From Tubiluchus corallicola (Eukaryota > Animalia > Priapulida), in contig JAQGDQ010000119.1 of the NCBI GenBank assembly GCA_030141605.1, positions 525,727 through 589,726 of the forward strand: 64,000 nt of DNA. Reading direction: 5' to 3'. Of the stretch, positions 1-15,100 are shown one piece after another. The notes beneath the pieces are model-generated. The model worked only from the letters and a program-made list of their open reading frames with translations. It made no database searches and was not told where the DNA came from. The translations under genes were made by a program, and so were the position numbers. Each line of letters begins with the position of its first letter. The first letter of the stretch is position 1.

Positions 1-307
1 GCGAAAAATAGTTAATTGAGAATGAACTGAATGGTATTTTCCACTGCATCGAGTGACTCACTGCTTCATTGCAATTTTTCACGAGAGATGGCGGAGACAT
101 TGAATAAACAAACGGGTTTTTGGCTGCACGTGGCTGTATTTTCTTTTCGCATAATAATGTTTGTTGTTGAAGATGATTTGAATTTTCATTCATACAAAAT
201 TTAGATGAAAAGTGAGTTGGCTTAAAATAAGGCCCAACTTATCCGTATTATTCCCATTATTGTCTTGGCTTTACCGATTTTTTTCTTGAAAATGCCTTGA
301 AAGTTAG

Positions 308-2662
308 CTATGAACTATGAATTTTATTTCACACATCAAAAAATACAATATCAAACACATTAATAAACTTTAAATAAAATAATCTGAGTAGTGCGAGGTG
401 AGTGTACGCCCATCAGGTCAATAACGCACTCACCTTACTTAAATGAAAAAATGATTATAGTTATGAGTGCTTCTGTAGATAACAATGTAAATAAGGATGA
501 AGTAAATGATGTAATATTAAGTAATAATAGCAATGGTATAAGAGCAAGAAACCTGAAAGTTGAGAAAGGAAAACATAATATGTAATTACGACTTTGAGTG
601 AGCCTTAAAGAGTGAAATTTTTTTTAAATAGTTACGAATATGAATTATGTGATTATCTGTCAATGTACCACTTACTTGTAATTGTATTACAATGCACCAT
701 ATTGCTTACTTGTATATACAATGATATATATACATATATGTTCCCATATTTAACTGGGGGAGAAGAGATTAAAATATACATTATACTTATAGTATTAACT
801 ATAATTTATAGAACATTTAAATATGATTGATAGTAGTAATATAGCCTTCATAACCATTAAAAATGGGCTATGTGGAGGGAGGGGGGCAAATTATAAGAAT
901 ATAAGTGATTCATTAGCAAAATTAATGTGACAATAATACATTCAAAATTTTTTGTATCACTGGTATTTGCTGATTATAAGCTAAGAGCATTTTCCAAGTG
1001 GAAACAGATACAGATATAGGCTGCGATGAATGAATAATTTCATTTTAATTGATTTATACCATTTATTAATAAAGTAACAAAAGTCGTAAAGATACCTGTT
1101 AGTAAAAGAAAAACATTAGTGCAAAAAGACACACGTGCTCAAAAAAGAGAAAAAAACCCTGGTTTTCTACGCCATTGAATATTTACTAATTAAAAATATC
1201 TTGTATTGCTTGGTAGCTATTTTTAAAGGAGAGGAAATGATTGTCTTGGGCACACTATTCCACAAAATAACTCCATTGTGCTGTAAGGTATTTAAGCCAT
1301 ACGCTGTGTTAAATCGTGTTTGAAAATAGTGTCCCATACTGGAAGACCTAGTATAGTGAGAGTGAACATCTTTGATTAAGGTAAAGTAGTTAGTATATAA
1401 TTCAGGCAAGTGCCGGTTATTAAACTTATACATGAATTTAAATAATTCAAGATTATAAATATCTTCTATTTTCAATAATCTAAGGTGTATGTACGATGGT
1501 GTTGCATGGTCTCTATAATTGGCAAAAGTCATGTATTTAACTATTTTATTTTGAACTGTTAATAGTGGCTGTAATAAGTATTTTTTTGTTTGCCACCAAA
1601 ACAACACACAGTATTGGAGGTACGGATAGACTAATGCATGGTAGATCATTTTCAAAATAGGCAAATTAATAAAATGTCTTAACTTTGCAAAAATGCCAGC
1701 TGCTTTGTTGCTGTAGAGGAAATGTGGGTAGACCACTTCATATTGTTCCCAAGGTATTTTATACTACTACTTTGTGTTAGAGTTATGTCGCCAATTTTGA
1801 GTTCAAAAGTGGAAGAGTCTTGTTGTGAAAGGTTCCTACTGATTAACATATACTTAGTTTTAGTGTAATTAACAGATAATTTATTTGCTTTCATCCAATC
1901 ATCAATCTTTTTTAGTTCGTTGTTAGTGCGATGTTGTAAAGTTGAATAGTTAGTAGATGTGAGGAAGAGACTTGTGTCATCAGCAAAAAGAAGAGTGTTA
2001 AAATCAGTAGCAAGAGGTAGGTCATTGATATAGATCAGGAAAAGCAGCGGCCCAAGAGTGGATCCTTGAGGTACACCACAGTTTATGTCTAGCAAATCAG
2101 ATCATGTATTATTAATAGTGGAGAACTGTTGTCAGTTAGTTAAGTAAGATTTGAGGAGATCCAAGACAGGGCCTCTGATTCCATAATAATGTAATTTATG
2201 TAGTAGAATATCATGTTGGACTGTGTCAAAAGCTTTAGGAAAATCTAAGAATATTGCACAAGTGAATAGTTTTTTGTCTAAATTTAGAAGCATATTTTCA
2301 ACAAATTCAGACGTAGCTAACGAAGTGGCGTAAGTTTTGCGAAAACCAAATTGAAATTTTGTTAGTATATAACATGAAGTGAGAAAATTGTTAATGCGAT
2401 TACAAATAATATTTTCAAAAATTTTGGAAACTGGTGACAGGAGAGAAATTGGATGGTAATTTGATAGGTTGTTTGGCGAATCATTTTTATAAAGTGGTTT
2501 TACTTTAGCTACTTTTAGACATTCAGGAAAGGTTCCTTCAGAAACTGCCATATTAAATAATCGAGAAAGTACTGGAACAATTAAATCAGTTGCTAATTTG
2601 TAAAATTTAACCGGGACATTTTCTGGGCCACGTAATTTATTTTCGTTAAGTTTAAGAGACAA
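308..2662 (-). mobile_element. Decayed non-LTR retrotransposon (CR1/L2 group, Crack/Daphne-like): reverse transcriptase, C-terminal domain and 3' UTR
   Basis: ORF pieces 2132-2662, 1679-2095 and 1167-1736 carry PISLL, QFGFR, AIFLDFPKAFDTV, GVPQGSTLGPLLFLIYINDL, LFADDT, IKYLG and a C-terminal YHALVYPYLQYC..W. There are in-frame stops and one frameshift. The 3' end is inferred from a 9-bp hairpin (396-435), AATAAA (323-328, minus) and a (TTCATAG)2 tail (308-321). The clade call is inference. Confidence 0.9.
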
Positions 2663-3299
2663 ATCTGTCGAATGTTATTCCCCACATCCTTTTCTGGTGC
2701 CACCCATGTAAACTGCTCGCAATCTCTCCCATAAATCAACTTATACTCATGAGCAGGATTGTCTTTTTACTACTTGTAATATTTATATTCTTTATATTTC
2801 TCAGTGTTGAAATTTAACAACTATGTAAGCTGCAGTTTTTTGGCAATAATATTCTACCAACTAGTAATACTAAGACTAAGAGTGGTAAGAAGCTAAAATT
2901 AAAGTGGTACTATTAGGTACATACACGCGTACAATAAAAGAGTGGAGGTTAGTAAATAATAGAATGGCGGTGATGTAATGAGTGTTGCTAAAGTAAAGTG
3001 GATAAACATAGAATATTGTATTTTTTCCAGTGTTGTTTACAGCAATAGTGTCTGTCCAATATTGAATAAATGTAATTATGGAGCAGAACAGGGAGGGACC
3101 AAAGGATGACTGGTAGCTACTTAATAGCACTAGCACACAAAACTTGTGTTAAACTCCTGTCAATGACTGAATCATTTAGCATATGATTACTTTTAAGCTA
3201 GAGAGGTACAAGATTACAGGTTTTATATCAATAATTTATTGCACACAGGATCAGCCTTAAACAAGCTGGACCAATTTCTCCCAATTCCTCAGGGATGCC

Positions 3300-3740
3300 C
3301 GCGCTAGAATATATAGTAATCTGTTTTCAGCGTTTTTTATATGCACAACAATGCATTGCAAAGAGTGATTGCAATCTTTTCTATCAGTTATTGCGCAGCC
3401 ATTACTGCCATCAGTGTTAATTGTGCATCGTGTGCAGCCATTGGGCCTACGTAACACTTCCCTGTCTTTGCTGCTTCGATAAATGTAACTGACACACTTT
3501 TGATAATGATGATGATTGCCATCATTGCAGATGACTGCTTTCCAAAGTGACCACAGGTTCTTTTGAATGAAAAGTTCAGCTTTAATAATTCTGATTCCGT
3601 CATAGACGATTTTCTAGAATACAGAGGTCGGATCACTAACACGTTTGTAAGAATTTTCATAGGATTTTTTTGTTTTTGTAAAGTGACAATCGCATTTAAT
3701 AACCTTCTTAGGTTACGAAACCTTTGTGAACCCATCATAA
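3300..3740 (-). pseudogene. Possible ORF1 remnant (PHD-finger-like) of the adjacent LINE
   Basis: Across a frameshift the minus strand reads RTCGHFGK/AVICNDGNHHHYQKCVS...NGCTRC, a degenerate C4HC3-like spacing. It lies upstream of the RT on the same strand. PHD-containing ORF1s are known in CR1/L2-group LINEs. Confidence 0.4.
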
Positions 3741-4834
3741 GTTTAAGAATGTCGCACGATATTACGAATAAAACAGTTTGTAAGAAGCTTTTATGAATCT
3801 GTCTGCTGATCTGTAGCTAGGCATGATAAAGATCGCATGAGGTTGACTTCAAACAATGGCGGTGTCCGTGTGTAGCATGTAGGGTTCAAAGTGAGGGTTT
3901 AGTGAAATTCAACCTCTAACTACATGTTAAGCATCCATGCTGGTTTAAGTGTCTTAAAAAAGACTCACATCAACTTGTAATCCAACTTTTTCTTCTTCCT
4001 ATAACTATAGAGCATTCTCCAAGATCTCCATGAAGTGTCTTCACAATGATTTTCGTATGCACTGTTTGGTCAAAATTTCGAAAGGATTTGGTAGGGCAGC
4101 AGCCCTTTAGCGAAACCAAACTATATCTATTGCACCCTAAGTTGCAAGGTTTTTCCGGTGGTGTGTAGCACTCCTTTCTTGTGATCCAATTTTGGTTTTA
4201 TTTAGATTTCGCTAAACTTGAGTAAAAATGCCCATTTTTAGGGGTTTTTCGCCTGCCGTTCCTCCTGAACGACCCGGATGTAAAAACGAAGGAACCCTTA
4301 TGGGAACATGGGATGTATTTATATAAAGATTTGACCAGATTTTTACAGCAAGGGACAAAAATATATTTTATAAGACAAATGTGTTTAGGACCCCCCACTT
4401 GACTTGTGCATGTTATATTGCACACCTTATTTCTGTAACAGTAATGACAAAAGTAATTATTCATATAACTTTAAAATGCTCATAGTAAATTTTTACAAGT
4501 GTTTTAAGCTCTGTTACTATCCTATTTACATACAAGAAAACCTTGTTAATAACAGGGCTGAGCAATTTTAAAGACATCTTGGCATTTGGCAGATTTTTTC
4601 TCATGCATTTTCCACGTTCTGTAGAGAATGACCCATATCAGTCCATATAAATGAATACACTTGAAGAATTAGCAACATTAGATAGTGGTCATAGTGATCA
4701 GCTATACTTTTTTGCTTTTTTGCCCGTGGATTAAAAGCTGAGTCTCAGAGATGAATGTCTCGGATAAAGGTGTCAGATTTTAATATACGTGCAATAAAAA
4801 TAACTGTAAATATATTTATATAAAACCTCCTTAG

Positions 4835-5195
4835 TAGGACTGAGCATCGAACGTTCGAATTCGATTTGAACGAGTGTTTTAGTCACAAATTTTAGAACTT
4901 CATTCACATTTGTCATCAAAACGATTGAAACATCATGCAATTAACATAATTTAGCTATGATTTCTGTGCACAATTTTAAGCAAATTATTAGTATTTTTAC
5001 AGCAATACAAAATCGAGTAATACGCGTGATCTTTGCAAGACTAATCTTTACTGGTGGTTCAAAAACTCGTTCGAAAATCTGTCAATCTCAATTCAATTTC
5101 GATTCGAATTCGAAATACTGAAGTTCGATTCGATTCGAAAGTCACATATACGATTTGATTTGAATTCGCTTTCTGGTAGAAAATGCTCACCCCTA
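4835..5195. mobile_element. Non-autonomous hAT-type MITE
   Basis: Terminal inverted repeats (TIRs) TAGGACTGAGCAT / ATGCTCACCCCTA, a perfect 8-bp target-site duplication CTCCTTAG (4827-4834 and 5196-5203), and subterminal TTCGA repeats. Confidence 0.9.
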
Positions 5196-6104
5196 CTCCT
5201 TAGTAGTTTTAAATGAATTTTCATGAATTATGATTGTCAACTCGGCACTAAAAGTTAGCAATCATTCACATTTATCATTTGTTGTAGTGTAATCATTGTA
5301 CTTATTGTACAGTATTGTTGGTCATATTAGTTGTATAAGTAATGAAACAAATGTTGCAAGTATTTTACATTGACGTGAAATCAATTTTACACACACGTAT
5401 AAAAAAGGCACCATGATGCATACCAAACAATTTTTAATGCATTGATTATGCATTTTAATTTTGTGTTTAAAGTCAAATCATGCTGAAGATACCATTTTAA
5501 AGGGAGTACTTACATAATCATTATTTTGTATAAAAACACATTATTAATTAGTTTTACAGAGAATGCTCATGAATCTCAAAACATAATAAGAATGTGTGTG
5601 CATTTTAAATGTAAAATGACGCATAATGTGAAAAATAACACCCTCATAATAAAATGTAAAGACACTGAAACTTGCCTTTGCAATATATCAGTAGGCCTAC
5701 TACTAGACAATCGTGTTGAGACAATCTAGACAATGAGTTGAGTAAATGCACACTCATTTCAAAGCATGTTTGGTAGGTTGATCAAATAAAGTAATTACCC
5801 CAGAAAATTCTTCCAAGGCCATGCAGTTAAAAAAAGACTCGACTTTTGTAGCACAAGTGACTAAAGAGTTAAAAAATTGTTCAGAAGGTGCCAATTGAAA
5901 AAATGTGCTTGGGGGAGCGGCTGCTCCCCTATTAGTTGTGGCATTGTTACTAATACTGCTGCTTCTGCTACTGCTACTGCTACTACTACTACTGCCTTTA
6001 ACTCGGTAATCTTGTTTTTTTACTTCAGAACTAATGGGAGCCCTAAGATTTTCAGGCTTCACAGTAACTGATGTAAAAGTCTGACGAGAATTAATAATTG
6101 TGAG

Positions 6105-9100
6105 ATGATGCAGGACCACAGTAGTACCACTCTACAACAGGAATGGGATGATCTCAAAATAGAGTACAAAGCTTTAGAGGTAAGGGTTAGTGGGAAGTAG
6201 GGACATTTGTTTGTACCTACTTATTACTGTGTGTACTTTGCAAAGGCTTACATCAAAGACAGTTAGTTCAAGCCTATGATGCCCCAAAGCTGGTGAACAA
6301 ATAGGAAGACCTGAAAGAGTTTACACCATCCGCTGCCAAAATATTTGGTTTCATCACTCATGCGTTCTTTCTGGCTTCCGGATGCGGATGGTAGACGCTA
6401 GTATCATTAATTAAATTATTAAATGACGTGCTGCCATATCTTTTTTATACAATGACCCTAATGTCCAAAAACAGTATATTTGCAGGTATTGGTCCTGAAT
6501 GGGCTGTACTCATTTTTTTGTAAATACTATACTTAGTTACTAACTTACTTACGCCAATTTATTTCAGAGAAAATAAACTTAGGGCTGAGATCATTGCTCT
6601 AGTTTTACATGTCAAGACTTATAAACATATAGTGATTAAAATATATCAGAAACTGTTCAAGAATTTGCAGTCAGTGACTTCAGAGTTGCACTGTCTCTAG
6701 ACTTTTGGCAGTTGCTAGCAATCCAAAATCAGTAAAGTCAGCGTACTTTTATTACAGTAAGTTAGTGATCTACACACTGCAAGTCTTTACCTAGTTTTCA
6801 CAGGACTTGCTTTCATGTAACAAAATGTATTGCATTAAATGACGCACGTTAGTAGGTGCTAGGTGGTGTGACTTTAATTATCAAGTTTACATAGCGCTAC
6901 TCAAACGATGAACATTAAAGTTACATAGCGCTACTCAAACGATGAACATTAAAGTTAGACGCAGTTTTTGACCTGCATATGAAAATTTCCGATGTTGTCC
7001 TTTTAAAAGGAACTACTCTCCTTGCTGCATGTTTGTCAAGAACCTTCCCTATATTAGATGTCTAAAGCATTATTCATACTGCAGAAAAGATACACGACAC
7101 CTCCTGGATTTTGTTAATCCCTTTTGCGCCTTTAATGTCTTCTTGTCTATTAAATATATAAATGACATTAGCCACTTATAACCTATTCACTCTACATATA
7201 AATATCTGAACTAATTTTGCCTCAATGTTAAAGGCACTGTCAGAGCCTCCCCCACAGACAATGAAAAGTGGCTGGTTGGGGCTGTGCTGTGTCAGCGGAG
7301 CGTAGCGGAAACATACGTGACGGGTATGTGTCCTGTTTACATTACCAAACTAAGCCGGGTCATGGCTATGAGGATCTTCTATGACTACATACGGGAGGTA
7401 GTCATGAAAAAGTTCACTAGGTGTAGTGTTCTCTTGACTGTCAGGCTGTTTACATTTTATCCAGACCAGAAAGGTCCACCAAGGTAGAATATTTTCTGCC
7501 CAGTATAAATGGAATTAAAGAAAATCCCACAATTATCCGGGAAAATAAAGAGCAATTCGAAGTACCCGACTAAACAGTAAGCAAAATAAACAATAATATC
7601 TGCTAAGATATATTCAGTCATCACATTCTTTCTTTTATTGGCAGTATCCCAAGCAGAACAGACAGAAACAGTGACTAAATGAAAAATATATGTCAGGCAT
7701 AATGTGACTTAACACACTATGAATGCCAGCTAACACTAGTTTTCAACAAAACAGTGTGATATAGTTTGCTTTCTACCTTGTAGGTGGCAACACTTTTAAT
7801 GTGTCAGAATGTGTGTTGGCGAATTAACAAAGACGAACGAATATAACAATAGTAAATAAGTTATTAATGAGCAAGTTTAATGCAGCAAATTAAACTAAGG
7901 TTTTTGCTGTTCAAGAGCTTGTAGCACTCACCAAAATATGTACAAACAACGAAACGCTATACAGGGTAATTATCACAATATAATTTTCTGCATTGCCATT
8001 AGTTTTGAAGTGAAATATATTTATAAAAAAATAACCTTTTTTGCTTTTTTTCCAAAAGAAATTTCAAAGTAATAAAAAAAATTGCTGTTTAATAGATGCC
8101 AGTACTGCAACATTCAGTACTGATTAATACAACACAGGTAAGCTGTAATATACGTAATTGTTTCAAATAATCATAGAACAGAACTTCGGAAATTATTAGA
8201 AACTCTGGCATTACACTCTTAATGGAAAACCAGTGTAATGTAAAGTTTACAATTTCACCGTGTGTATAATAGAATGTGCATTGGATTGACAAGAGTAAAT
8301 ATAAACATTTTCTTTAAGGTAGTATTCGGTTAGCATACAAAAGTTCATAATCAGATAAAGACTCATTAACGCATTGCCGTACAATCTCCGGAAAATTGTC
8401 CAAAGGCTCCGGCTTCTTATTTGAGGGTGGAATGAAATGTGTCGATTTGAGCATATCTTGAAGCCATGGCTCCCAGCCTTCAAACACGGTCATGTCTTGA
8501 ATGGGGCAATCAGACCAATCTAACATCGTGTCCACATACCGCAAACCAGTTTTTCTACAGTACTGTTTGATGATTGATTCTGAAATGAGTCCATGTATAC
8601 ACGGGATATATAAGTAACAGTAAATATGGTTACAAGTTGTGCAAAAAAACTGTAGAAAAGCAAAACTTCATTAAAGGATAAAAGCAAAGATATCATTATG
8701 AACTCGCGGATAATTTCAGTACAAGTACTACAATTCAAAACACATGTAAGTATCTATCAGCAGGTCATAAAATTAAAAAAATAACCTTACAAAATCAGAA
8801 TTATGCAATTATATAAATTGCAAAATTATTCGATTTTGTACTGAATGACAGCTTTTTTGGGCAAAGCAAAGGTAGCCAGGATAAGGCAGAGGAAAATATA
8901 GCTAATTCACTGTACTTGGCTTTTGGCGTCAGAGTGCACGGGAGTACATACGTGGTGTAACAAATATACACCATGCTAAACCAGCCTAAGCTACAGGTAC
9001 TTAGTACATAGAAGTGCAGCGTAAAGTGCGTACTATAGTAACACATAGTCAAGTAGATTGCCAGGTACAGTCTACCGAAGTTGTTTAAAAGGAAAGTTAC

Positions 9101-12100
9101 CTGGATGTCTGGCAAGATCTTCGCTGTCAATTACAATAGCTTCTTGTCCCAACACCTTTGTCACGTAGTCATACAGCTGCTTGATTTCTTTAAACCCGGC
9201 TTCCTTTGTATCAAAGTAATCCCATCCTGCAGAATTAGGCAAAACCGTGAATAAGACTACTACCTTACAAACATCAGTGCCAGAAAAGCATTTGTATTTG
9301 ACATGATGATATGTTGTACACAGATATATGGACTAGTGTAATTTTGTGAACAGCAATACAGACGCCAGATTCGGATGTCAAGCAGAAAGACTGTTATGGT
9401 ATACTATATACAATATAAAGGCTAACTACTTTGCTACCTTATGCCAAGCAAAAGCTTAGTTGAGAAAACATGGTACAAATCTCAAACTTGTGTATCTACC
9501 TGTTAGGGCTATGTCCACTGAGGCATTGTACATTGATGGAATAGCTTTCCTAGGATCGCGTATTTGAAATGTGTGGATGTATCCATCAGGCAACAGCTCC
9601 GAATAATTTGCATGCTGCCAAACAGCATACGCCATTTCCTTAACAAATACAGCTTCATTGTCTGCAAATAAGCAAAACATTAATACTTTTATTATTGTGA
9701 TTCTACTAAACTGGCTGAACATTGCATACTAAAGAGCATAATTTTCATCAATCATGTCTCACCTCACCATGTAGGTCTGCATTTCCATAAATTTTTAGTT
9801 CTAATCAAATTATTTTGAGACTTATGTCTCTTGTTTTTTCACAACTAACTTATTCACATAATATTTATAAAGGCCAAGTCCAGTTAAGCTGATGATGAAG
9901 AAAAAGTTAATTAGCATTAATATTGCGATTTGGTACAGTTTTCTGCAAATTACTCCATTTTTAAAGCAAATGTAGAGTACCACGCAGTTTGTTTTAATGG
10001 AAAAAATTGAGACTTTTTGCATCACCAAACCTTAGTCTGTTAGACAGCACCTCCAAACCCTAATACTGGGTTGGTGTAGCTAGGAAGATATCTTTTTAGA
10101 TAGTATCAGTACTATATCTGTTTACAAACAAATCACAGATTAAAAAAGGTACAAACTTCAAAGAACCCATCTGTTTATTTATGGCCTAAGTTACACAGGA
10201 ACTGCATGCTTTCATATGTCTACCATTCCAAATTATCATCTGATACTAGCTAATAAGTTGTGTTCTTATCTCTTTCAGCATTTAAGTATAAAAAAAACTA
10301 TTGCATACATCACAAACTTACGCACTGTATAGGAACTAGAAACCATAACAATTATACATTATTAACAGATGGAACTTTAAAAATGCTGTACAAACTTCTA
10401 AGAAGCAGGTTGAATTTTTTGCTTGGAGATGTTCACATTTTTTGTGCAACCATTAGCCAATTTGAATGTAAAGATTTACTATGATTTGCTTACATGAACT
10501 GTACATGAACAAAACATCCCACATTAATAATTGGCACACTAAACGACAACTGGACCCTCATGCATAAGATAGTTATTTATTATTAATCACAAAAGTGCAC
10601 TCTTCAATCGAATGTTGCAGCAGCCAGCAGCCTAAGGTTCAATGATGCCACTTTACAGAATTGAAACATGAATTACTGTTTGCAAGAGAGTGAACTCAAA
10701 ATGTGGGCAAATTTAATTACCAGTAGCAATTTAACATTATATTTACTCTGTTTAATGTGCAGATGAACCACGTATTGTATTTCGACTGGAGTTGGCCTTA
10801 GGCATAGAACGCATCTTTCCAAAGCCTCATAGTTCATCTGTTTTTACCTCACACAAATGATCTCCACACAACAACTAATCAACTCGATTTTTTCCAATTA
10901 ATCGTTTAAAAAAAGAAAGTTACACAGCAGTGCACATCTAGAAAACCTCCACGACAACCAAAGTTAATAATATCAAATTATTATTGTGATCCAGTGCACC
11001 GAAGTTCAGCTTACACCTTAATTTAAATTTTATTAATAAGGTTTCCGAAACAAACAAAATTCACAAAGATAGCTGAAAAATCCCTAATTTTCTAAACATT
11101 AAACAAGAGTGAAGTAGTGGCTTAATGGTATAATGAAAAAAAAATGTGCAAGAATAAGTTGGACACGTAGCAAGTCAGGAAGGACTTACAAAAAATCATT
11201 TAAAGGACATGGGTTAACAGAAGGAAGTATTACTATATTGCGAGTGTGGTGTGGGTATGTGTTTATCTAAATCTGTAGTTGTATGCCAAAGAACAAACAA
11301 AAACGGGATAACTGAACAAATAACAAAGCTAAAGTGTTATTACTATATAAGTGAATGTTAGGCATTCATATTCGATTATGATCTTTGAGCAAGTTGTAGA
11401 AAAAGTTTAATATTGAAGAAGTTTGGCTGAAGAGTTATGGAAAATTATAAAGTTGCCAACGAACATGAAAGGCAATATAATTATAATTCATGTCTACACA
11501 TGAGGGCTGGGAAAAACCTCAGGGAATTCATGTTCTTATAACTATGATTTCATCCTCCACAATTTTTTTCCAATTGTAAGTGCACCATAATGTAAAAATT
11601 GCTGGAGAGTTGCTAAACAGAGTGAGTCACTTTATAATGGATGCATATGCAGGAGAGCTTAGCTATTATTTCATCTTTTACAAAATGTTTTTGACTTAAT
11701 TTTACATACATCATGGTCAGTGTAAATATTGTTGGAGTGTTTCGCTTCTCTGCAAGTTTTGACATAGCCATCAAGGCAAAAGTTTGAATAACAGAACCTG
11801 TTGTGTTTTAGCTATTTTCTTGTAAAATTAACAGTTTATTTTATTTGAAGAAACAGCCAGTACTGCTCTAGGATGTACTCTATCATATCACTGCTATCAG
11901 GTGACAACTTCGTAATTCTTCATATGAAATAATCATTTGACAAAAGATAACTAAAATTTGAGCTATTAATATATTATCTTTATATGGGGTCATTATAAAA
12001 CCATGATTTTTTCAGTTTTCATAATGAAACTCAGTGGAATTAAATTTCTTTCACTTGGAATTTGTAAAAAAAACAAATGTGAGCAAATTTTATCTGTCTA

Positions 12101-15100
12101 ATCTAATGTATACTGGATTTATAAACAATACAAAGCATAAACTGTGGCTATGTTCCAAATTTTTCACATTATATTATAACTAAACTCTTGCAGCGAGTAA
12201 CATTAGGAATATTAGTAAGAAAATGATATTCGTATTATGGTCGGAAAGAGAAAGAAAACGAAAATTGTTTGTGTCAGTTCTATGACCGCATCTACCGTTA
12301 TAATTTCCCTCCAACGTCTCTTTAACGCCATCGTAGGTTTGAGTAGTCCATTTTATAGTGCAGCCATTCATGTCGCCGTTAATTTCGTCATCATATCGAC
12401 TACTCAGCCTATCTTTTCCGTAGTAATATGGCATAGCGAAAGGTTCAAAGAAGACCTGCCAAGTATTTTAAAATAGTTATAATTAAGGAGCAAAAGCTCC
12501 TGCATGTACTGTATATTGTTAATATGATGGCATGTTGAAAGTCTTGTAATGTCTTCGATGTTTCTCGTGTCTCCTTAAAGCACTCATGTTCTAGAAGCAG
12601 CTTTCCATTCACCTCGAGATTCGCATTAAAATGACAGATTGTCTAAGTTCATCTGCATTCTGCAGTAAAAGATTTCTGTTATTATTAATTTCCTTTCCGG
12701 TCGGCAGACGTCAGATGACAGCAGGCTGATACATCAATTTTGGCAAAATTTGCAACCTGTTCTAAAAGCGAGCATGCCATGTTTCTTGTTAGCCATGCTC
12801 AAGCATTTGCAGTGGCTCTGAAATTGCCAAACAAGGTTTATCACTCAAAATTGTGTGAAGTACCATAACGATGTTTTACACCTTTGGAAAGTAGACAACA
12901 GTTGACCTACACCTGTATTAAATAGAAATACTACACCAATGTCCTGAAAATTCAAAGCTGAAACAAATTATTGCAAAAATCGGCCAGTCATGAAACCTTT
13001 GTCAGTTACTAGCTAGAATTCAGAGACTACGCATTAAAATAAAATAAAACAATATAAAATATAATTTAAAGCAAATACAAATGAAGAATAAATATCTGCG
13101 TAATTTAGCAATACACAAACATGTGAAAGGTATATGGGTGATCATAGCAAGACTGAAATCTGGCTCACTGAGGCTAATGCAGTAATCCTGTAACATGAGA
13201 CACTGATCAGAGGTATCTTAGCTCATTCAAATGTGAATAAACAAATTCTTTCAACAAGGTAAACAGCCAGATCTGTATGGGGAACAAAACCACCCAAAGC
13301 AAGTACTGAACCTAGTGATGGGCGATTTATAGGTAAATCAAATTAATCAAGATTACAAACATGTATAAATCGGTATAATCGGCAATTAAGCAGTAATTCA
13401 ATTAATGGAAAGCAAACTTTGTGTGTTACACACTGACTAAAAGGCAGTGTTTTAGCACAAATAAATGGAATTCTTGCATTTATTCTTCCTTTTTCTCACC
13501 TTATACAAATTACAGAGTTGCAAACCAGTCATAGAATATTAATGAATGTGTATCTGTCTATAAAAATTAGCTTGCAAGTACGGAAATGGCAGACAGTGAC
13601 AAAAATCATGAAGAAGTTTATAGGCTGTATTTCAGTATTGCAATAATTAAAAAATATGGCTAAAACATACACTAAAAAATTGCTGCAAAAGCTTAATTGT
13701 GATATTGAATTACAAAAACAAGATTGTAATCGTATTACAACGTTTCAAAATCGCCCATCACTAATGGAACCCGTAGTTGTTACAAATTATTCACTGATTA
13801 TTCCCATCGCTGAACTTTAGTAACAAACCATATACACCATGACCACTCGGCTATTCTTGCCATCTCACAACTATAAGCTATACATTGCTCTGTAAAACAA
13901 ATAAGTATCACATCCTTGTTTATCACATGGATAAATCTCTTCATGCTTATAAGCACTTACCTGATCATAGCCACAAAGTGCAATTAAAGATTCATATGCG
14001 TGATATGTGGAATACTAAATATTTATGCTACCTGTTTGTCTGCTTTTAAGATATACATCTCAATCTGATTGTAGCTCGTGAAAAAAGGGCATACTAACTT
14101 AAAGGCCAGATAAGACAGGTTAACGTACATTAGCCAACTTTACTGGGACACAATTACTGGGCCTTTATTAAGTCACTGACCCAAAATGTTCAACAGAATA
14201 TCTGGTTTGTTTATACAGCCTTTATAAATGTCACCTTAACTAGTGACAGTGCAGCCTCTGATAATGCCAACATGTATAATTTTAACTTGTATTTCATATT
14301 TTGCACTTTTTTATGTTTAGTTATATTTTGAACGGTTTTAGTACAGTTGACCTGAATGTAAAGGAGGCCCTTGGCTCATTCTAGCTATTGAATTTAAATA
14401 AAAAGACCTTATCTTATCTCAACCTGTAAAATGAGCAGCAGGAAAATACCAGTCAGCTATGCTGTCGTCCTTGACGCATACGACAGTCTTAGACGGCAGC
14501 AAGTGGTTATCGGACAATGGTACTGTTTAGTCCTGTTTTAAAAATGATTACACATACTCACAGTCACGTCTCCAGTGTCAAACCTAGCCTAAGTAAGAGG
14601 TCGCGCACCGTGAGACCAGAATAATGATGAGATGACAGAAAACCATTCATACTCAAAAAGTTGCACGAGTGTATGCATATATGTAACTTCAGTAAACAAT
14701 CTATAAACTATGTAAATTAACTGCGTAGCTAATTAAATGTAGCCTGTTTATTGTCAAACAAATCAAGAGCGAGCAAGGCGACATTCTTGCACATGTCTAG
14801 TATATCAAAAGTGGTACAGTTAACAATATTTGTGACATTAGGATCACCAAGCCAAGTAAGGTAGCCAATAGTAATTTTGAAGTTTCTAGAAGTGTTTAAC
14901 TGTTGTCAGAAACAAATCTCTGACATGATGATGAAATACTCATTGTACCGAAGTAGTAAGACTTAAAAGTTGTAGGTCATAATCACATGTTATGCTGAGG
15001 TCAAGCATGATAACATACCCAAGACTATTTTTGTTTAGTTGTTATGTAGAAAAGTTTTAAGCAGGTACTTTAAATTAGCTAACACATACAAGTAACTTTG

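Noticed and set aside
2102-2134. In-frame TGA codons as recoding (selenocysteine or an alternative genetic code)
   Set aside because: They lie in a retrotransposon that also has a frameshift and deletion, and the host genes translate cleanly with the standard code.
5754-6119. 121-aa minus-strand ORF with a poly-Ser run
   Set aside because: Driven by a (CTA/CTG)n tract, has no recognisable domain, and overlaps the TMEM120 start antisense.
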